From: Sinorhizobium meliloti | GTDB lineage: Bacteria > Pseudomonadota > Alphaproteobacteria > Rhizobiales > Rhizobiaceae | Reading direction: 5' to 3' | Assembly: GCF_017876815.1 (NCBI RefSeq) | Contig: NZ_JAGIOS010000001.1 | Span: 1,320,001-1,352,000 of the forward strand | DNA length: 32,000 nucleotides | Shown here: positions 1-9,974 of the stretch, one piece after another | Layout: the number at the start of each line of letters is the position of its first letter | Numbering within the stretch: position 1 is the first letter of the stretch | Program-made: the position numbers and the translations under genes | Notes under the pieces: model-generated | What the model was told of the DNA's origin: nothing | Database searches by the model: none | Seen by the model: only the letters and a program-made list of their open reading frames with translations

Positions 1-2739
1 GCGAAGCCCTCTGCCATCGCAGACGGCTTGCGGGCCGTCCGCGCGATCGATGACGCCGCCACCCGCTATTCCAAACTCGTGGAACTCTTCTTCAACGGCG
101 GCGGCAAGCCGAAGGCGGAATCGGCCTTTCTGAACGCCGCCATGCGCCGTGCAGCGCCGCAGCTCGAACTCAGGGTCGAAGAGGCGCGCAGCCATATGCT
201 CGCCTGCGTGGACCGCCTGAGCATCGTCCAGATGTACGGGGCGACCCGCGCCGCCCTCGTTCTCGCCGAGAGGCTCAACCGCGACTACGAAGCGCTCAAG
301 AAGGCACGCAGCCAGCTCGATTTCGAGGATCTCATCCACCGCACGGCGGCACTGCTTGCCCGAAGCGACGTCGGTGCCTGGGTGCACTACAAGCTGGATC
401 AGGGGATCGACCATATCCTCGTCGACGAGGCGCAGGATACGAGTCCCGCTCAGTGGACGATCATCCAGTCGCTCGCGGCGGATTTCTTTGCCGGCGAAAC
501 GGCGCGTGCGGACGACCGCACGATCTTCGCCGTCGGCGACGAGAAGCAGTCGATCTATTCCTTCCAGGGAGCCCGGCCGGAGCGCTTTTCGCGTGAGAGC
601 ACGTTGACGGAGCGGCGGGTGCGCGCGGGCAACAAGCACTTCAGCCCCATCCGCCTGCAGCTTTCCTTCCGCTCGACGGTGGACGTGCTCTCCGCCGTCG
701 ATACGGTCTTTGCAAATCCCGGGAATGCGAGAGGCCTGAGCGCCCGGAGCGAGGCGATCGTGCATGCCTCGAACAGGATCGGCCAGCCGGGCGCCGTCGA
801 CCTCTGGGATGTGATCGCGCCCGAGCCGGCGGCTTCGGAAGAGGATTGGACCGCTCCTTTCGACGCGACGCCCGAGCGCGCGCCGGTCAACATCCTCGCC
901 CGGCGCATTGCAGCGGTCCTCGAAGATTGGATCGGCCGGGAGACGGTGATCGAAAAAGGCGTGCGCCGAGCGATGCGGCCCGGCGACGTCATCGTGCTGG
1001 TCCGCAAACGCGACGCCTTCGTCAACGCCCTGACGCGCGCCCTCAAGCGGCGGGGCAATATTCCCGTCGCCGGCGCGGACCGACTGGTTCTGACCAGCCA
1101 TATCGCCGTGCAGGACCTGATCGCGCTCGGCCGGTTCGTGCTTCTGCCCGAGGACGACCTGTCGCTCGCGGCACTGCTGAAGAGCCCGCTCCTCGATCTT
1201 GGCGAGGAGGACGTCTTCGAACTCGCCGCCCGGCGGACCGAGGGCGAAAGCCTCTGGCGGCGGCTGCGGCAGGCGGGCGCGGAGGAGACGAGCCGTTATC
1301 ATGAAGCGGTCCGCACGCTTTCGCGCTATTCCGGCCTGGCGCGGGAACTGCTGCCGCACGATTTCTATGCCCGTGTCCTGGGCGCCGATGGCGGACGGCG
1401 TGCCTTCCTGGCGCGCCTCGGCAGCGAAGTCAGTGATATTCTCGACGAATTCCTCACCTTCGCTCTCGATCATGAAAGGAACGGTCTGCCGGGCCTGCAG
1501 GCTTTCATCTCGACGCTGGAGATCGAAGCGCCGACGGTCAAGCGCGAGCAGGACAAGGAACGCGACGAGGTCCGCGTGATGACCGTACATGCCGCAAAGG
1601 GCCTCGAGGCGCCGGTCGTCTTCCTGGTCGACGGCGGCGGCGAGGCCTTCGTTCGCCAGCAGGTCTCGGACCTGCGCTTCCTGGAGAAAGCGCAGGTCGA
1701 TCATTCCACGCTCACGGTCCCGGTCTGGCGCGCGCCGGGCTCGGCGCCGAACTCGCTCATCGCCGCCGACAACGAGCGGCTGAAGAAGCTCGCCGAGGAG
1801 GAATACCGCCGGCTCCTCTATGTCGGCATGACGCGCGCAGCCGACCGCCTGATCGTCTGCGGCTATCGCGGGCAGCGCCAGAACACCGACACCTGGCATT
1901 CGATGGTGCAGGGGACGCTGGCACAGGACCTCAAGGGCCGCGGAACGCCGAGGCTTTTCCGCGCCGGAAGCGAGGAGTGGCAGGGGATAGCCTGGCGCGA
2001 AGCGCATGTGCCGCGCGACCTTCCGACATCCGAAGGCCGCTCCGAAGAATCGCAACGGCCGACAGCCGGCCTGCCGACGGCGCTTTTCACGCCTCCGGCC
2101 GCGCCGCGGCGGCTGCCCCGGCCTCTTGCCCCGTCCGGCACGACCATCGCAATCGACGATCCCGACGCCGAAGCGATCGTCGGCTCGGCCCTCTTCGCCG
2201 GCAAGAGCGCGCCGAAATTCTCGATGCTGCGCGGCGCGATCCTGCACCGGTTGCTGCAGGTTCTTCCGTCGGTCGACGGCCCCGAGCGTCTGGCCGCGGC
2301 GGAGCGCTATCTCGCCCGTTCCGTGCCACGCTGGCCCGAAGCCGAACGGCGCGCACTCGCCGGGACCGTGATGGACGTGCTCGACCATGCGGATCTGCAA
2401 CCGCTTTTCGGCGAGCACAGCCGGGCGGAGGTCTCCGTGATGGGGACGCTGAAGCTTGGGGTCCGCGAATTCGCCGTATCGGGCCGGATCGACCGTCTGG
2501 CCGTCACCGGCGACATGGTGACGATCGCCGATTACAAGACCAACCGCGAAATCCCTGAGACGCCCGAAGAGATAGCGCCGGTCTACAGAAATCAGCTTGC
2601 GATCTATCGCGAACTCCTGAAACCTCTTTACCCCGGCAAGCGTTTCCGATGCGTGCTGATCTTCACGGAAGGGCCCGCGATCCGGGTGCTTCCCGAGCCG
2701 ATGCTGGACAGGAGTCTTGAAGAGCTCGCGACAAAGTGA
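1..2739 (+). CDS. addA: Double-strand break repair helicase/nuclease AddA (UvrD/PcrA-type helicase with a C-terminal PD-(D/E)XK nuclease). The 5' end is truncated by the window edge.
   Basis: Frame 1 is open from base 1, and the listed ORF merely begins at an internal TTG at 28. UvrD-like motifs are present: ILVDEAQDTSPAQW, FAVGDEKQSIYSFQGA, VMTVHAAKGLEAPVVFL and YVGMTRAADRL. The C-terminal nuclease-like motif is IDRLAV...IADYKT. Stop codon TGA at 2737-2739. Confidence 0.85.
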   Translation, partial: AKPSAIADGLRAVRAIDDAATRYSKLVELFFNGGGKPKAESAFLNAAMRRAAPQLELRVEEARSHMLACVDRLSIVQMYGATRAALVLAERLNRDYEALKKARSQLDFEDLIHRTAALLARSDVGAWVHYKLDQGIDHILVDEAQDTSPAQWTIIQSLAADFFAGETARADDRTIFAVGDEKQSIYSFQGARPERFSRESTLTERRVRAGNKHFSPIRLQLSFRSTVDVLSAVDTVFANPGNARGLSARSEAIVHASNRIGQPGAVDLWDVIAPEPAASEEDWTAPFDATPERAPVNILARRIAAVLEDWIGRETVIEKGVRRAMRPGDVIVLVRKRDAFVNALTRALKRRGNIPVAGADRLVLTSHIAVQDLIALGRFVLLPEDDLSLAALLKSPLLDLGEEDVFELAARRTEGESLWRRLRQAGAEETSRYHEAVRTLSRYSGLARELLPHDFYARVLGADGGRRAFLARLGSEVSDILDEFLTFALDHERNGLPGLQAFISTLEIEAPTVKREQDKERDEVRVMTVHAAKGLEAPVVFLVDGGGEAFVRQQVSDLRFLEKAQVDHSTLTVPVWRAPGSAPNSLIAADNERLKKLAEEEYRRLLYVGMTRAADRLIVCGYRGQRQNTDTWHSMVQGTLAQDLKGRGTPRLFRAGSEEWQGIAWREAHVPRDLPTSEGRSEESQRPTAGLPTALFTPPAAPRRLPRPLAPSGTTIAIDDPDAEAIVGSALFAGKSAPKFSMLRGAILHRLLQVLPSVDGPERLAAAERYLARSVPRWPEAERRALAGTVMDVLDHADLQPLFGEHSRAEVSVMGTLKLGVREFAVSGRIDRLAVTGDMVTIADYKTNREIPETPEEIAPVYRNQLAIYRELLKPLYPGKRFRCVLIFTEGPAIRVLPEPMLDRSLEELATK

Positions 2740-2820
2740 GATACACGATATTGAAAATCCGGTGGCGATGCCTCACATGAGACACAACATCTGGACACTG
2801 CCATTCCGAAGGAGCACCCG

Positions 2821-3144
2821 ATGGCTACTGTGAAAGTCGATACTGCCAATTTTCAGAAAGAAGTTCTGAACTCGGCCGAACCGGTCGTCGTCGACTTCTG
2901 GGCGGAATGGTGCGGCCCGTGCAAGATGATTGCGCCGAGCCTCGAAGAAATCGCCACCGAGCTTGCCGGCAAGGTCAAGGTCGTCAAGCTCAATATCGAC
3001 GAAAACCCCGAGCTCGCGGCGCAATACGGGGTCCGCTCGATCCCGACGCTTGCCATGTTCAAGGGCGGCGAAGTCGCCGACATCAAGGTCGGCGCCGCAC
3101 CGAAGACGGCGCTCAGCTCGTGGATTTCGAACGCGGTGGCTTGA
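2821..3144 (+). CDS. trxA: Thioredoxin
   Basis: 107 aa with the canonical WAEWCGPCK active site and the thioredoxin fold signature (VRSIPTL). An AAGGAG RBS lies about 7 nt upstream of the ATG. Confidence 0.95.
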   Translation: MATVKVDTANFQKEVLNSAEPVVVDFWAEWCGPCKMIAPSLEEIATELAGKVKVVKLNIDENPELAAQYGVRSIPTLAMFKGGEVADIKVGAAPKTALSSWISNAVA

Positions 3145-3173
3145 GCCACCCGGACTTGAAATCGACAATGCGA

Positions 3174-3201
3174 AGCCCGGCTTGGCCGGGCTTTTTCTTT
3201 T
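3174..3201 (+). terminator. Rho-independent terminator of trxA
   Basis: Stem agcccggc (3174-3181), loop ttg, stem gccgggct (3185-3192), followed by tttttctttt. Confidence 0.8.
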
Positions 3202-3230
3202 CGGCTGAACCATGTGCGTCGCCGGCTACC

Positions 3231-3263
3231 TGCCCCTCACCCTAACCCTCTCCCCGCGAGCGG
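3231..3263. repeat. Left half of a composite palindromic intergenic repeat (Y-module) that is split by the IS
   Basis: tgcccctcaccctaaccctctccccgcgagcgg. The same sequence, reverse-complemented, occurs at 22611-22640. Its last 9 nt, cgcgagcgg, are repeated at 4563-4571. Confidence 0.8.
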
Positions 3264-4562
3264 CAGGGCTGTCCGGGGAAAATTCATGCATAGCGGAAGA
3301 CCATTTGGTTTGGGATGGTCCGGGGTTTTGGTCGGCTTGGATTGACCTGCGGCGGCTTGTGGATTTCGGCGATGCTTTTGCGCTGGAACAGGCACTGGGT
3401 GACGAGGTCGGTGAAGCGCAGGATCGGTAGAGGGACGCGGGCGAGGCGGGCGGCGATGCGCAACAGTGCATAGGCGATCATCGCCGCGAAGATCTGCAGG
3501 CGGATGGCGTTGTCGTTGTTGCCGAGGAACTTGCGGATCTTGAGGTGCTGTTTGATCCAGCGGAACAGAAGCTCGATCTGCCAGCGATCCTTATAGAGCT
3601 GGCCGATCTCGACGGCGGAGCGCTCGAGGTCGTTGGTCAGAAGCGTGATCGTATCGCCGTCCTGGCGCTTGACGATTACCCGGCGCAAGCCGATCGGCAG
3701 CTTGGAATCGCCCTTGCTGGCGAGGCTGACCTGGCTGTCTTCGAGGACCAGGAAGCCATCGCCTTGAGGTTGCTCAACGGGGCGTTCAGCGACCAAAGCC
3801 AGTCCCATGTTGGTCTTCGGCCGGGTGACGAAACTGGCGCCGGCTTCGGCGATCGCCGTCCACCAGCCGTAATGGCAGTAGCCCTTGTCGAAGACATAGG
3901 TTGCGCCCTTTTCGATGGTGATCGTGCGGCCGATCTGGGCGTCGTTGACGTTGGCGTCGGTGATGTCGAGGATGCCTGGACAATCGGCCTTGGGATCATA
4001 GACGACATGCAGCTTCATGCCGCGGATGCGGCCGTTCGACTTGGCCCAATCGTACAGCTTACCCAGCGGGATCGGGGTCGAATCGATCAGCCGCAGCATC
4101 TTGGTGCCCTCCCGGCGCGTCTGCCGGTCGAGCTGACCGGCCAGAAGCGCGAAGGTCTCGGCGAAGACGGCGACCGGGCGGCGGCGGTTGGCGTCCGACA
4201 GCGTCGAGCGCATCAGCCGGCCACTGCCGAGATGGTAATGATGCTGACTGTTGGCGTTGAAGCTCGCCTCCAACCCGCGCAGGCTGGTCGTGGCGCTCAA
4301 CTGGGCATAGATCAGTGCCACCAGATGATCCCAGCTGGTAAAGCACTTGTCGTAGGCATCCCCGGCATGACGATCCACAATCGCCTGAAAGCTGCGGCGA
4401 TCAATCGCTTTCAGCAGCTGGGCGAAAATGCTAGGGGTGAACCGCATGCTCCGTCTCCTTTTCTGAGTCTCGACAACCAGAAAATAGACGGAAAAACGCC
4501 GTCTGACGGGGCATGCGCCTGCGACATTTCGATTCACCCGGAACTTTCCCCGGACAGCCCTG
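3264..4562 (-). mobile_element. Intact IS4-family insertion sequence, 1299 bp
   Basis: Terminal inverted repeats cagggctgtccggggaaa are perfect for 18 bp (21/22 over a longer span) at 3264-3285 and 4541-4562. A perfect 9 bp direct repeat, cgcgagcgg, flanks the element at 3255-3263 and 4563-4571. It contains a single DDE transposase ORF. Confidence 0.9.
3284..4447 (-). CDS. IS4-family DDE transposase, 387 aa
   Basis: ATG at 4447 is preceded by an AAGGAG RBS. Candidate catalytic residues sit in LIDSTP and FDKGY. The IS4 Y-(2)-R-(3)-E-(6)-K signature is present as YKDRWQIELLFRWIK. The N-terminal region MRFTPSIFAQLL...WDHLVALIYAQL is typical of DUF4372-type IS4 transposases. The listed ORF extension up to 4729 runs out of the IS into repeat DNA and is not real. 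Confidence 0.9.
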   Translation of the reverse strand: MRFTPSIFAQLLKAIDRRSFQAIVDRHAGDAYDKCFTSWDHLVALIYAQLSATTSLRGLEASFNANSQHHYHLGSGRLMRSTLSDANRRRPVAVFAETFALLAGQLDRQTRREGTKMLRLIDSTPIPLGKLYDWAKSNGRIRGMKLHVVYDPKADCPGILDITDANVNDAQIGRTITIEKGATYVFDKGYCHYGWWTAIAEAGASFVTRPKTNMGLALVAERPVEQPQGDGFLVLEDSQVSLASKGDSKLPIGLRRVIVKRQDGDTITLLTNDLERSAVEIGQLYKDRWQIELLFRWIKQHLKIRKFLGNNDNAIRLQIFAAMIAYALLRIAARLARVPLPILRFTDLVTQCLFQRKSIAEIHKPPQVNPSRPKPRTIPNQMVFRYA

Positions 4563-4658
4563 CGCGAGCGGGGAGAGGGGATTGCCCTGGCGCTTGCCGC
4601 GAGTCTCCTTCGCCCCGCCTGCGGGGAGAAGGTGGCCGGCAGGCCGGATGAGGGGCCG
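4563..4658. repeat. Right half of the split Y-module, plus spacer and X-module, of the composite palindromic repeat (copy 1, reverse orientation)
   Basis: cgcgagcggggagaggggattgccc completes the hairpin begun at 3246. The X-module hairpin is ccttcgccccgc-ctg-cggggagaagg (4607-4632), followed by ggccggatgaggggc. It matches the copies at 9975-10080 and 22406-22643. Confidence 0.8.
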
Positions 4659-4794
4659 GCAACTGCGAACCCTTCGTTCCGAACCTTAGAGCGGGATGAC
4701 GAAACGTGTGTCCGGTTTTCCGCCCGCATCCCGCGTCAATCCATTCGAATCGATCACGTTCATGATTTTGGGTCTATCCTAAAACCATCGTGAT

Positions 4795-6138
4795 CTACCG
4801 CGGCGGCGTGCCGTTTTCCGCCAGCACGTCGCCGACCAGGTAGAGCGAGCCGCCGATCAGCACACGCGGCGGCACGGGGTCCTCGTCGGTGAGTTCGGCG
4901 ATCTGGCCGAGCGCTTCGGCAACCGAGGAGGTGGCATTGGCCTCGAGTCCCGCAGCGGCCGCATCGGCGGCCAGCGCCAGCGGGTCCAGTCCCGCGTCGG
5001 ACCCGTGCACCGGCACGGTGAAGACCTGTTCGGTCAGATCGAGGAAAGCCTTGAAATAGCCGATCGGTTCCTTGGTATTGATCATGCCGATGATCAGGAA
5101 GAGCGGTCGCGGGTCGCGCTCCTCGAAGGTGGCCATCGCCTCGGCAATGACATGGCCGGCGCCCGGATTGTGTCCGCCGTCGATCCAGATCTCGGCGCCC
5201 GGCGGGCCGAAATGCGAGAGCCTGCCGCCGGCGAGGCGCTGCAGGCGTCCCGGCCACTCGACGCCGGCCAACCCTTTCTCGATAGCCGCCTCGGGAACAT
5301 CGAAGCCGGCTGCCCGAACGGCACGGATCGCCGCCGCGGCATTGGCATATTGATGCCGGCCCGGCAGGCGCGGCAGCGGCAGATCCGCAAGGCCGTTCTC
5401 ATCCTGGAAGATCAGCCTGCCGAACTCCTCATGCGCCATGAAATCCTGTCCGTAGACGGATATGGGGCAGCCGAGACGTTCGGCGGTCGCGATCAGCACA
5501 TCGCGCGCACTCTCTTCCTCCTGGTGGCCGATCACCACCGGGCAGCCGCGCTTCATGATCCCCGCCTTTTCCGCAGCGATCAGTTCGACCCGGTCGCCGA
5601 GATAGGCCTGATGATCGAGCGAGATCGGCATGATCACGGAGACGGCCGGCCGGGCGATCACATTGGTCGCATCGTAGCGTCCGCCGAGGCCGACTTCTAT
5701 GATCGCGACATCGGCCGGATGCTCGGCGAAGAGCAGGAAGGTGACCGCGGTCAGGATTTCGAACACGGTGATCTTCTCACCGCCATTCGCTTCTGCAACG
5801 CGGCGTACGGCATCGGCAAGCACGGGGTCGCTGACCAGGGCGCCCTTGCCGCCCTTTACACCCAGGCGATAGCGCTCGTGCCAGTTCACCAGATGCGGCG
5901 ACGTGTGGACATGGACGCTGAGGCCCGCGGCCTCCAGGATCGCCCGGCAGAAGGCCGTGACCGAGCCCTTGCCGTTGGTGCCGGCCACGTGGATGACCGG
6001 CGGCAGGCGCTCGTGAGGATTGCCGAGGGCAGCAAGCAGCCGCGTGATCCTGTCGAGCGAAAGGTCGAACCCCTTGGGATGCAGCGCGAGAAGCTTCTCG
6101 ATCTCCTGCGCCGCCTCGCTGACCTCAGTCGCCGTCAT
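4795..6138 (-). CDS. folC: Bifunctional folylpolyglutamate synthase / dihydrofolate synthase
   Basis: 447 aa. Mur-ligase-type P-loop HVAGTNGKGS. It sits in the conserved position downstream of accD. Confidence 0.9.
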   Translation of the reverse strand: MTATEVSEAAQEIEKLLALHPKGFDLSLDRITRLLAALGNPHERLPPVIHVAGTNGKGSVTAFCRAILEAAGLSVHVHTSPHLVNWHERYRLGVKGGKGALVSDPVLADAVRRVAEANGGEKITVFEILTAVTFLLFAEHPADVAIIEVGLGGRYDATNVIARPAVSVIMPISLDHQAYLGDRVELIAAEKAGIMKRGCPVVIGHQEEESARDVLIATAERLGCPISVYGQDFMAHEEFGRLIFQDENGLADLPLPRLPGRHQYANAAAAIRAVRAAGFDVPEAAIEKGLAGVEWPGRLQRLAGGRLSHFGPPGAEIWIDGGHNPGAGHVIAEAMATFEERDPRPLFLIIGMINTKEPIGYFKAFLDLTEQVFTVPVHGSDAGLDPLALAADAAAAGLEANATSSVAEALGQIAELTDEDPVPPRVLIGGSLYLVGDVLAENGTPPR

Positions 6139-6153
6139 GATGGTAGCCCTAAT

Positions 6154-7068
6154 CTAGGCGCTCGCGGCCACCGGCAGCGGGGCCAACTCCGTCGCGGTAT
6201 CGCGCTTGACCGCCTTGGCCGGCTTCTTCATCAGAATGTTGAGAACGCGCGCGAGCGTCTCCGGGATGTCGTGGCGCTTGACGACCATGTCGACCATGCC
6301 ATGCTCCAGCAGATATTCCGAAGTCTGGAAGCCTTCGGGAAGCTTTTCCCGCAGCGTCTGCTCGATCACCCGTTTGCCGGCAAAGCCGATTTCCGCGCCG
6401 GGTTCGGCCATGTGGATATCGCCCAGCATCGCATAGGATGCGGTGACGCCACCGGTCGTCGGGTTCGTCAGGACGACGATATAGGGAAGGCCCGCTTCCT
6501 TGAGCATGTTAAGAGCCACGGTCGTCCGCGGCAGCTGCATCAGCGACAGGATGCCTTCCTGCATGCGGGCGCCGCCCGAGGCCGGGAACATCACCAGCGG
6601 GCACTTCTCCGCTATCGCGCGCTCGAAGGCCTTCACGATCGCTTCGCCCGCGGCAATGCCCAGCGAGCCGCCGATGAAGTTGAACTCATGCGCGACGGCG
6701 ACGAGCTTGATGCCCTGGACCTGGCCGAGGCCGGCAACGATCGTGTCCTCGAGTTCGGTCTTGGCGCGGCTGTCGCGCAGGCGATCGGAGTACTTCTTCG
6801 AGTCGCGGAACTTGAGCGGGTCCTGCGCCACCTTGGGCTGCGGGAAGGCCTCGTAGATTCCGCCGTCGAAGAGATCCTTCAAACGGGCCTTCGCCGGCAT
6901 CTTCATGTGGAAGCCGGACTGCGGGATGACCCATTTGTTCTCTTCCAGATCGCGATGGAACACCATCTCGCCCGTTTCAGGGCACTTGATCCAGAGGTTC
7001 TCCGGAACTTCCCTGCGGCCGAGCATCGAGTTGATCTTCGGCCGAACGTAGTTTGTGATCCAGTTCAA
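6154..7068 (-). CDS. accD: Acetyl-CoA carboxylase carboxyltransferase beta subunit
   Basis: 304 aa. The N-terminus [14 protein letters not shown] is typical of rhizobial AccD, with a carboxyltransferase domain following. TTG start at 7068 with an AGGAGA RBS 8 nt upstream. Confidence 0.9.
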   Translation of the reverse strand: MNWITNYVRPKINSMLGRREVPENLWIKCPETGEMVFHRDLEENKWVIPQSGFHMKMPAKARLKDLFDGGIYEAFPQPKVAQDPLKFRDSKKYSDRLRDSRAKTELEDTIVAGLGQVQGIKLVAVAHEFNFIGGSLGIAAGEAIVKAFERAIAEKCPLVMFPASGGARMQEGILSLMQLPRTTVALNMLKEAGLPYIVVLTNPTTGGVTASYAMLGDIHMAEPGAEIGFAGKRVIEQTLREKLPEGFQTSEYLLEHGMVDMVVKRHDIPETLARVLNILMKKPAKAVKRDTATELAPLPVAASA

Positions 7069-7121
7069 TTAAGCAGTCTCCTGAAGATTTTCCTTCGGCT
7101 TGTGCGCGTCAATATGGGCAA

Positions 7122-7961
7122 TTATTCGGCTGCAGCAAGCCGTGCCGCCCGTACGCCGGCCGCAAGCCCCCTGACGAGCGCTTCGACACCCGGGACCGTC
7201 GCTTCCGTTGCCCGGCCTTCTTCGGTCAAGCTCGACGCGATCTGATTGACGATCGCCGTGCCGACGACGACGCCGTCTGCGGATGCGCCGATGGCGCGCG
7301 CATGGTCGGCGGTCTTCACCCCGAAGCCGACGCAGACAGGCAAGGGCGTATGCGCCTTGATGCGCGCGACCGCTCCGGCGATCAGCGACGGATCGGGCAG
7401 CGCCGAGCCGGTGATCCCGGTCATCGAGACGTAATACACGAAACCCGACGTGTTTTCGAGAACCTTGGGCAGGCGGCGATCGTCCGTCGTGGGCGTTGCC
7501 AGGCGGATGAAGCTGATGCCCTTCTCAAGTGCCGGAATGCAGAGTTCGTCGTCCATTTCCGGGGGCAGATCGACGACGATCAGGCCGTCGACGCCGGCCT
7601 CGAGTGCGTCCGCCAGGAACCGCTCGACGCCATAGATATAGATCGGGTTGTAATAGCCCATCAGCACGATGGGGGTGCGCTGGTCCTCCGCCCGGAAGAG
7701 CCGGGCGAGCTCCAGCGTCTTGGCGAGAGACTGCCCCGCCTTCAGCGCGCGCTGGCCGGCGAGCTGGATCGCCGGTCCATCGGCCATCGGGTCGGAAAAG
7801 GGCACGCCGAGTTCGATGATGTCGGCACCCGCCTGCCGCAGCGCCTTCATGATCGCCAGCGACGTGTCGAAATCCGGGTCGCCGCCCATGAAATAGGTCA
7901 CGAGGACCGGGCGCCCCTCGGCCGCCACGTCGGCGAACCGTTGCTCCATGCGTGCGGTCAT
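7122..7961 (-). CDS. trpA: Tryptophan synthase alpha chain
   Basis: 279 aa with [17 protein letters not shown] and [10 protein letters not shown] motifs. It lies immediately downstream of trpB. Confidence 0.95.
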   Translation of the reverse strand: MTARMEQRFADVAAEGRPVLVTYFMGGDPDFDTSLAIMKALRQAGADIIELGVPFSDPMADGPAIQLAGQRALKAGQSLAKTLELARLFRAEDQRTPIVLMGYYNPIYIYGVERFLADALEAGVDGLIVVDLPPEMDDELCIPALEKGISFIRLATPTTDDRRLPKVLENTSGFVYYVSMTGITGSALPDPSLIAGAVARIKAHTPLPVCVGFGVKTADHARAIGASADGVVVGTAIVNQIASSLTEEGRATEATVPGVEALVRGLAAGVRAARLAAAE

Positions 7962-7966
7962 GATCT

Positions 7967-9187
7967 TTACTGCCCCATACCGAGAATTTTGCCGACGGTG
8001 AAAATGTCCTTGTCGCCGCGACCGGAGAGATTCATCAGGATGATCTCGTCCTTGCCCATTTTCGGCGCGCGCTTGATGACTTCGGCAAGCGCATGGGACG
8101 GTTCGAGCGCCGGGATGATGCCTTCGAGCCGCGTCAGCGTCTGAAAGGCCTCGAGTGCCTCATGATCCATGATCGGCACATATTCGACGCGGCCGATGTC
8201 GTTCAGCCAGGCATGTTCCGGTCCGATGCCAGGATAATCGAGCCCGGCCGAGATCGAATGGCCTTCCTTGATCTGGCCGTCACCGTCCTGAAGAAGATAG
8301 GTGCGGTTGCCGTGGAGCACGCCGGGCGAGCCGGCGGTCAGCGAAGCGCAATGCTCGTCGCCGTCGAGCCCCTTGCCACCCGCTTCGACGCCGACGATCC
8401 TGACGCCCTCGTCGTCGAGGAACGAATGGAAGATGCCGATCGCATTGGAACCGCCGCCGACGGCGGCGACGACGAGATCGGGAAGCCGGCCTTCGGCTTC
8501 GAGGATCTGCTGCTTGGCTTCCTCACCGATGACTGCCTGGAAGTCGCGCACCATCTCCGGATAGGGATGCGGGCCGGCGGCCGTGCCTATCAGGTAATAG
8601 GTGCTGTCGACATTGGTCACCCAGTCGCGCAACGCCTCGTTCATGGCGTCCTTGAGGGTGCCGTTGCCGGCGGTCACCGGCTTCACCTCGGCGCCGAGAA
8701 GCTTCATGCGGAAGACGTTCGGCGCCTGCCGCTCCACGTCGGTCGCACCCATGTAGACCACGCAGGGCAGGCCGAAGCGCGCCGCGACCGTCGCCGATGC
8801 CACTCCGTGCTGGCCGGCGCCGGTTTCTGCGATGATGCGGGTCTTGCCCATGCGCTTGGCGAGCAGGATCTGGCCGATGCAATTGTTGATCTTGTGGGAG
8901 CCCGTGTGATTGAGCTCCTCGCGCTTGAAATAGATCTTGGCGCCACCGAGTTCGGCCGTCAGGCGCTCGGCGAAATAGAGCGGGCTCGGCCGGCCGATAT
9001 AGTGGGTGCCGAGATTTTCGAGTTCCGCCTTGAAAGCCGGATCGTTCTTCGCCCTCGCCCATTCATCCTGGAGATCGAGGATCAGCGGCATCAGCGTCTC
9101 GGCGACGAAGCGCCCGCCGAATATGCCGAAACGGCCCTCTTCATCGGGTCCGGACCTGAAGGAGTTCGGTTTAGGCGGTTGATTCAC
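7967..9187 (-). CDS. trpB: Tryptophan synthase beta chain
   Basis: The PLP-binding motif is [11 protein letters not shown], and GGGSNAIG is also present. I prefer the GTG at 9187 (406 aa) because an AGGGAG RBS lies 6 nt upstream. The listed ORF starts 18 nt further up, at 9205. Confidence 0.93.
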   Translation of the reverse strand: MNQPPKPNSFRSGPDEEGRFGIFGGRFVAETLMPLILDLQDEWARAKNDPAFKAELENLGTHYIGRPSPLYFAERLTAELGGAKIYFKREELNHTGSHKINNCIGQILLAKRMGKTRIIAETGAGQHGVASATVAARFGLPCVVYMGATDVERQAPNVFRMKLLGAEVKPVTAGNGTLKDAMNEALRDWVTNVDSTYYLIGTAAGPHPYPEMVRDFQAVIGEEAKQQILEAEGRLPDLVVAAVGGGSNAIGIFHSFLDDEGVRIVGVEAGGKGLDGDEHCASLTAGSPGVLHGNRTYLLQDGDGQIKEGHSISAGLDYPGIGPEHAWLNDIGRVEYVPIMDHEALEAFQTLTRLEGIIPALEPSHALAEVIKRAPKMGKDEIILMNLSGRGDKDIFTVGKILGMGQ

Positions 9188-9211
9188 GTCTTGCTCCCTG
9201 ATCACGGCCGC

Positions 9212-9859
9212 TCAAGCTTCCGCCCGGCGGACCGCTTCGAAAAACGCTTCCATGAGCGTCAGATCCTTGATCCCCGGCGCGCTTTCCACTCCGGAGGATG
9301 TATCGATGGCGCGGGCGCCGGTCAGCGCAAGTGCGTCTGCGATGTTGCCCGCGTTCAATCCACCGGAAAGCATGTAATCGACGCTTCCGTCAAGCGCGTC
9401 GAGAAGCCGCCAGTCGAAAGAAATCCCGTTGCCGCCCGGCAGATCGGAACCGGCCGGAGGCTTCGCATCCAGGAGAAAACGGTCGACGATGCCCAAATAG
9501 GGATCGATCCGCTCCAGATCGGAGGCCTCACGGACGGCAAGCGCCTTCATCACCGGAAGACCATAAAGCGCCTTGATGGAAAGGACCCGCTCCGGAGTTT
9601 CGGAACCGTGAAGCTGGAGGACGTCGGGGTCGAGCGCCGACACGATCTCGTCGAGACCGTCATTGTCCGCATCGACCGTGACCGCAACGATCTTCGCGCG
9701 CCCGCGGGCGCGCGCGGCAAGGCGGCCGGCATCGTCCGGTTCGATGTTGCGGGGGCTCTTGGGAAAGAAGATGAAGCCTACGTGGGAAGCGCCGAGCGCG
9801 ACGGCACGCTCCACGGCCTCGGCCGTCTTCAAACCACAGATTTTCACTTCCGTTTTCAT
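9212..9859 (-). CDS. trpF: N-(5'-phosphoribosyl)anthranilate isomerase
   Basis: 215 aa from the ATG at 9859 (MKTEVKICGLK...). A typical PRAI TIM barrel, and the first gene of trpFBA. The listed N-terminal extension to 9949 is unsupported. Confidence 0.9.
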   Translation of the reverse strand: MKTEVKICGLKTAEAVERAVALGASHVGFIFFPKSPRNIEPDDAGRLAARARGRAKIVAVTVDADNDGLDEIVSALDPDVLQLHGSETPERVLSIKALYGLPVMKALAVREASDLERIDPYLGIVDRFLLDAKPPAGSDLPGGNGISFDWRLLDALDGSVDYMLSGGLNAGNIADALALTGARAIDTSSGVESAPGIKDLTLMEAFFEAVRRAEA

Positions 9860-9974
9860 GGAAAGCGACCTTGCATGAAATGCCGCCCGAGTCGAGCAAA
9901 ACCGTTGCACGGCAGCGGCCAATCTTAGGGCGAGGGCGGCGGCGGGCATCCGGTGTTTTTCGAGCGAACCAAGC

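Noticed and set aside
4448-4729. An N-terminal extension of the transposase ORF (MRAENRTHVSS...PATFSPQAGRR...).
   Set aside because: It runs beyond the IS terminal inverted repeat (4562) into repeat DNA. The internal ATG at 4447 has a strong AAGGAG RBS and begins the conserved transposase N-terminus.
5005-7245. A very long plus-strand ORF (746 aa). Similar long ORFs lie at 8093-9928 (+), 11580-12950 (+), 14752-16536 (+), 18996-20807 (+), 25220-27565 (+), 3545-4651 (+) and 9953-10846 (+).
   Set aside because: Every one of them is antisense to a gene with clear family motifs (folC/accD, trpB/trpF, phaZ, the ABC ATPase, the dehydratase, gyrB, the transposase, ygjP). Their products are Arg/Ala/Gly/Asp-rich and low in complexity, with no recognisable motifs. 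This is typical of stop-codon-poor shadow frames in ~63% GC DNA.
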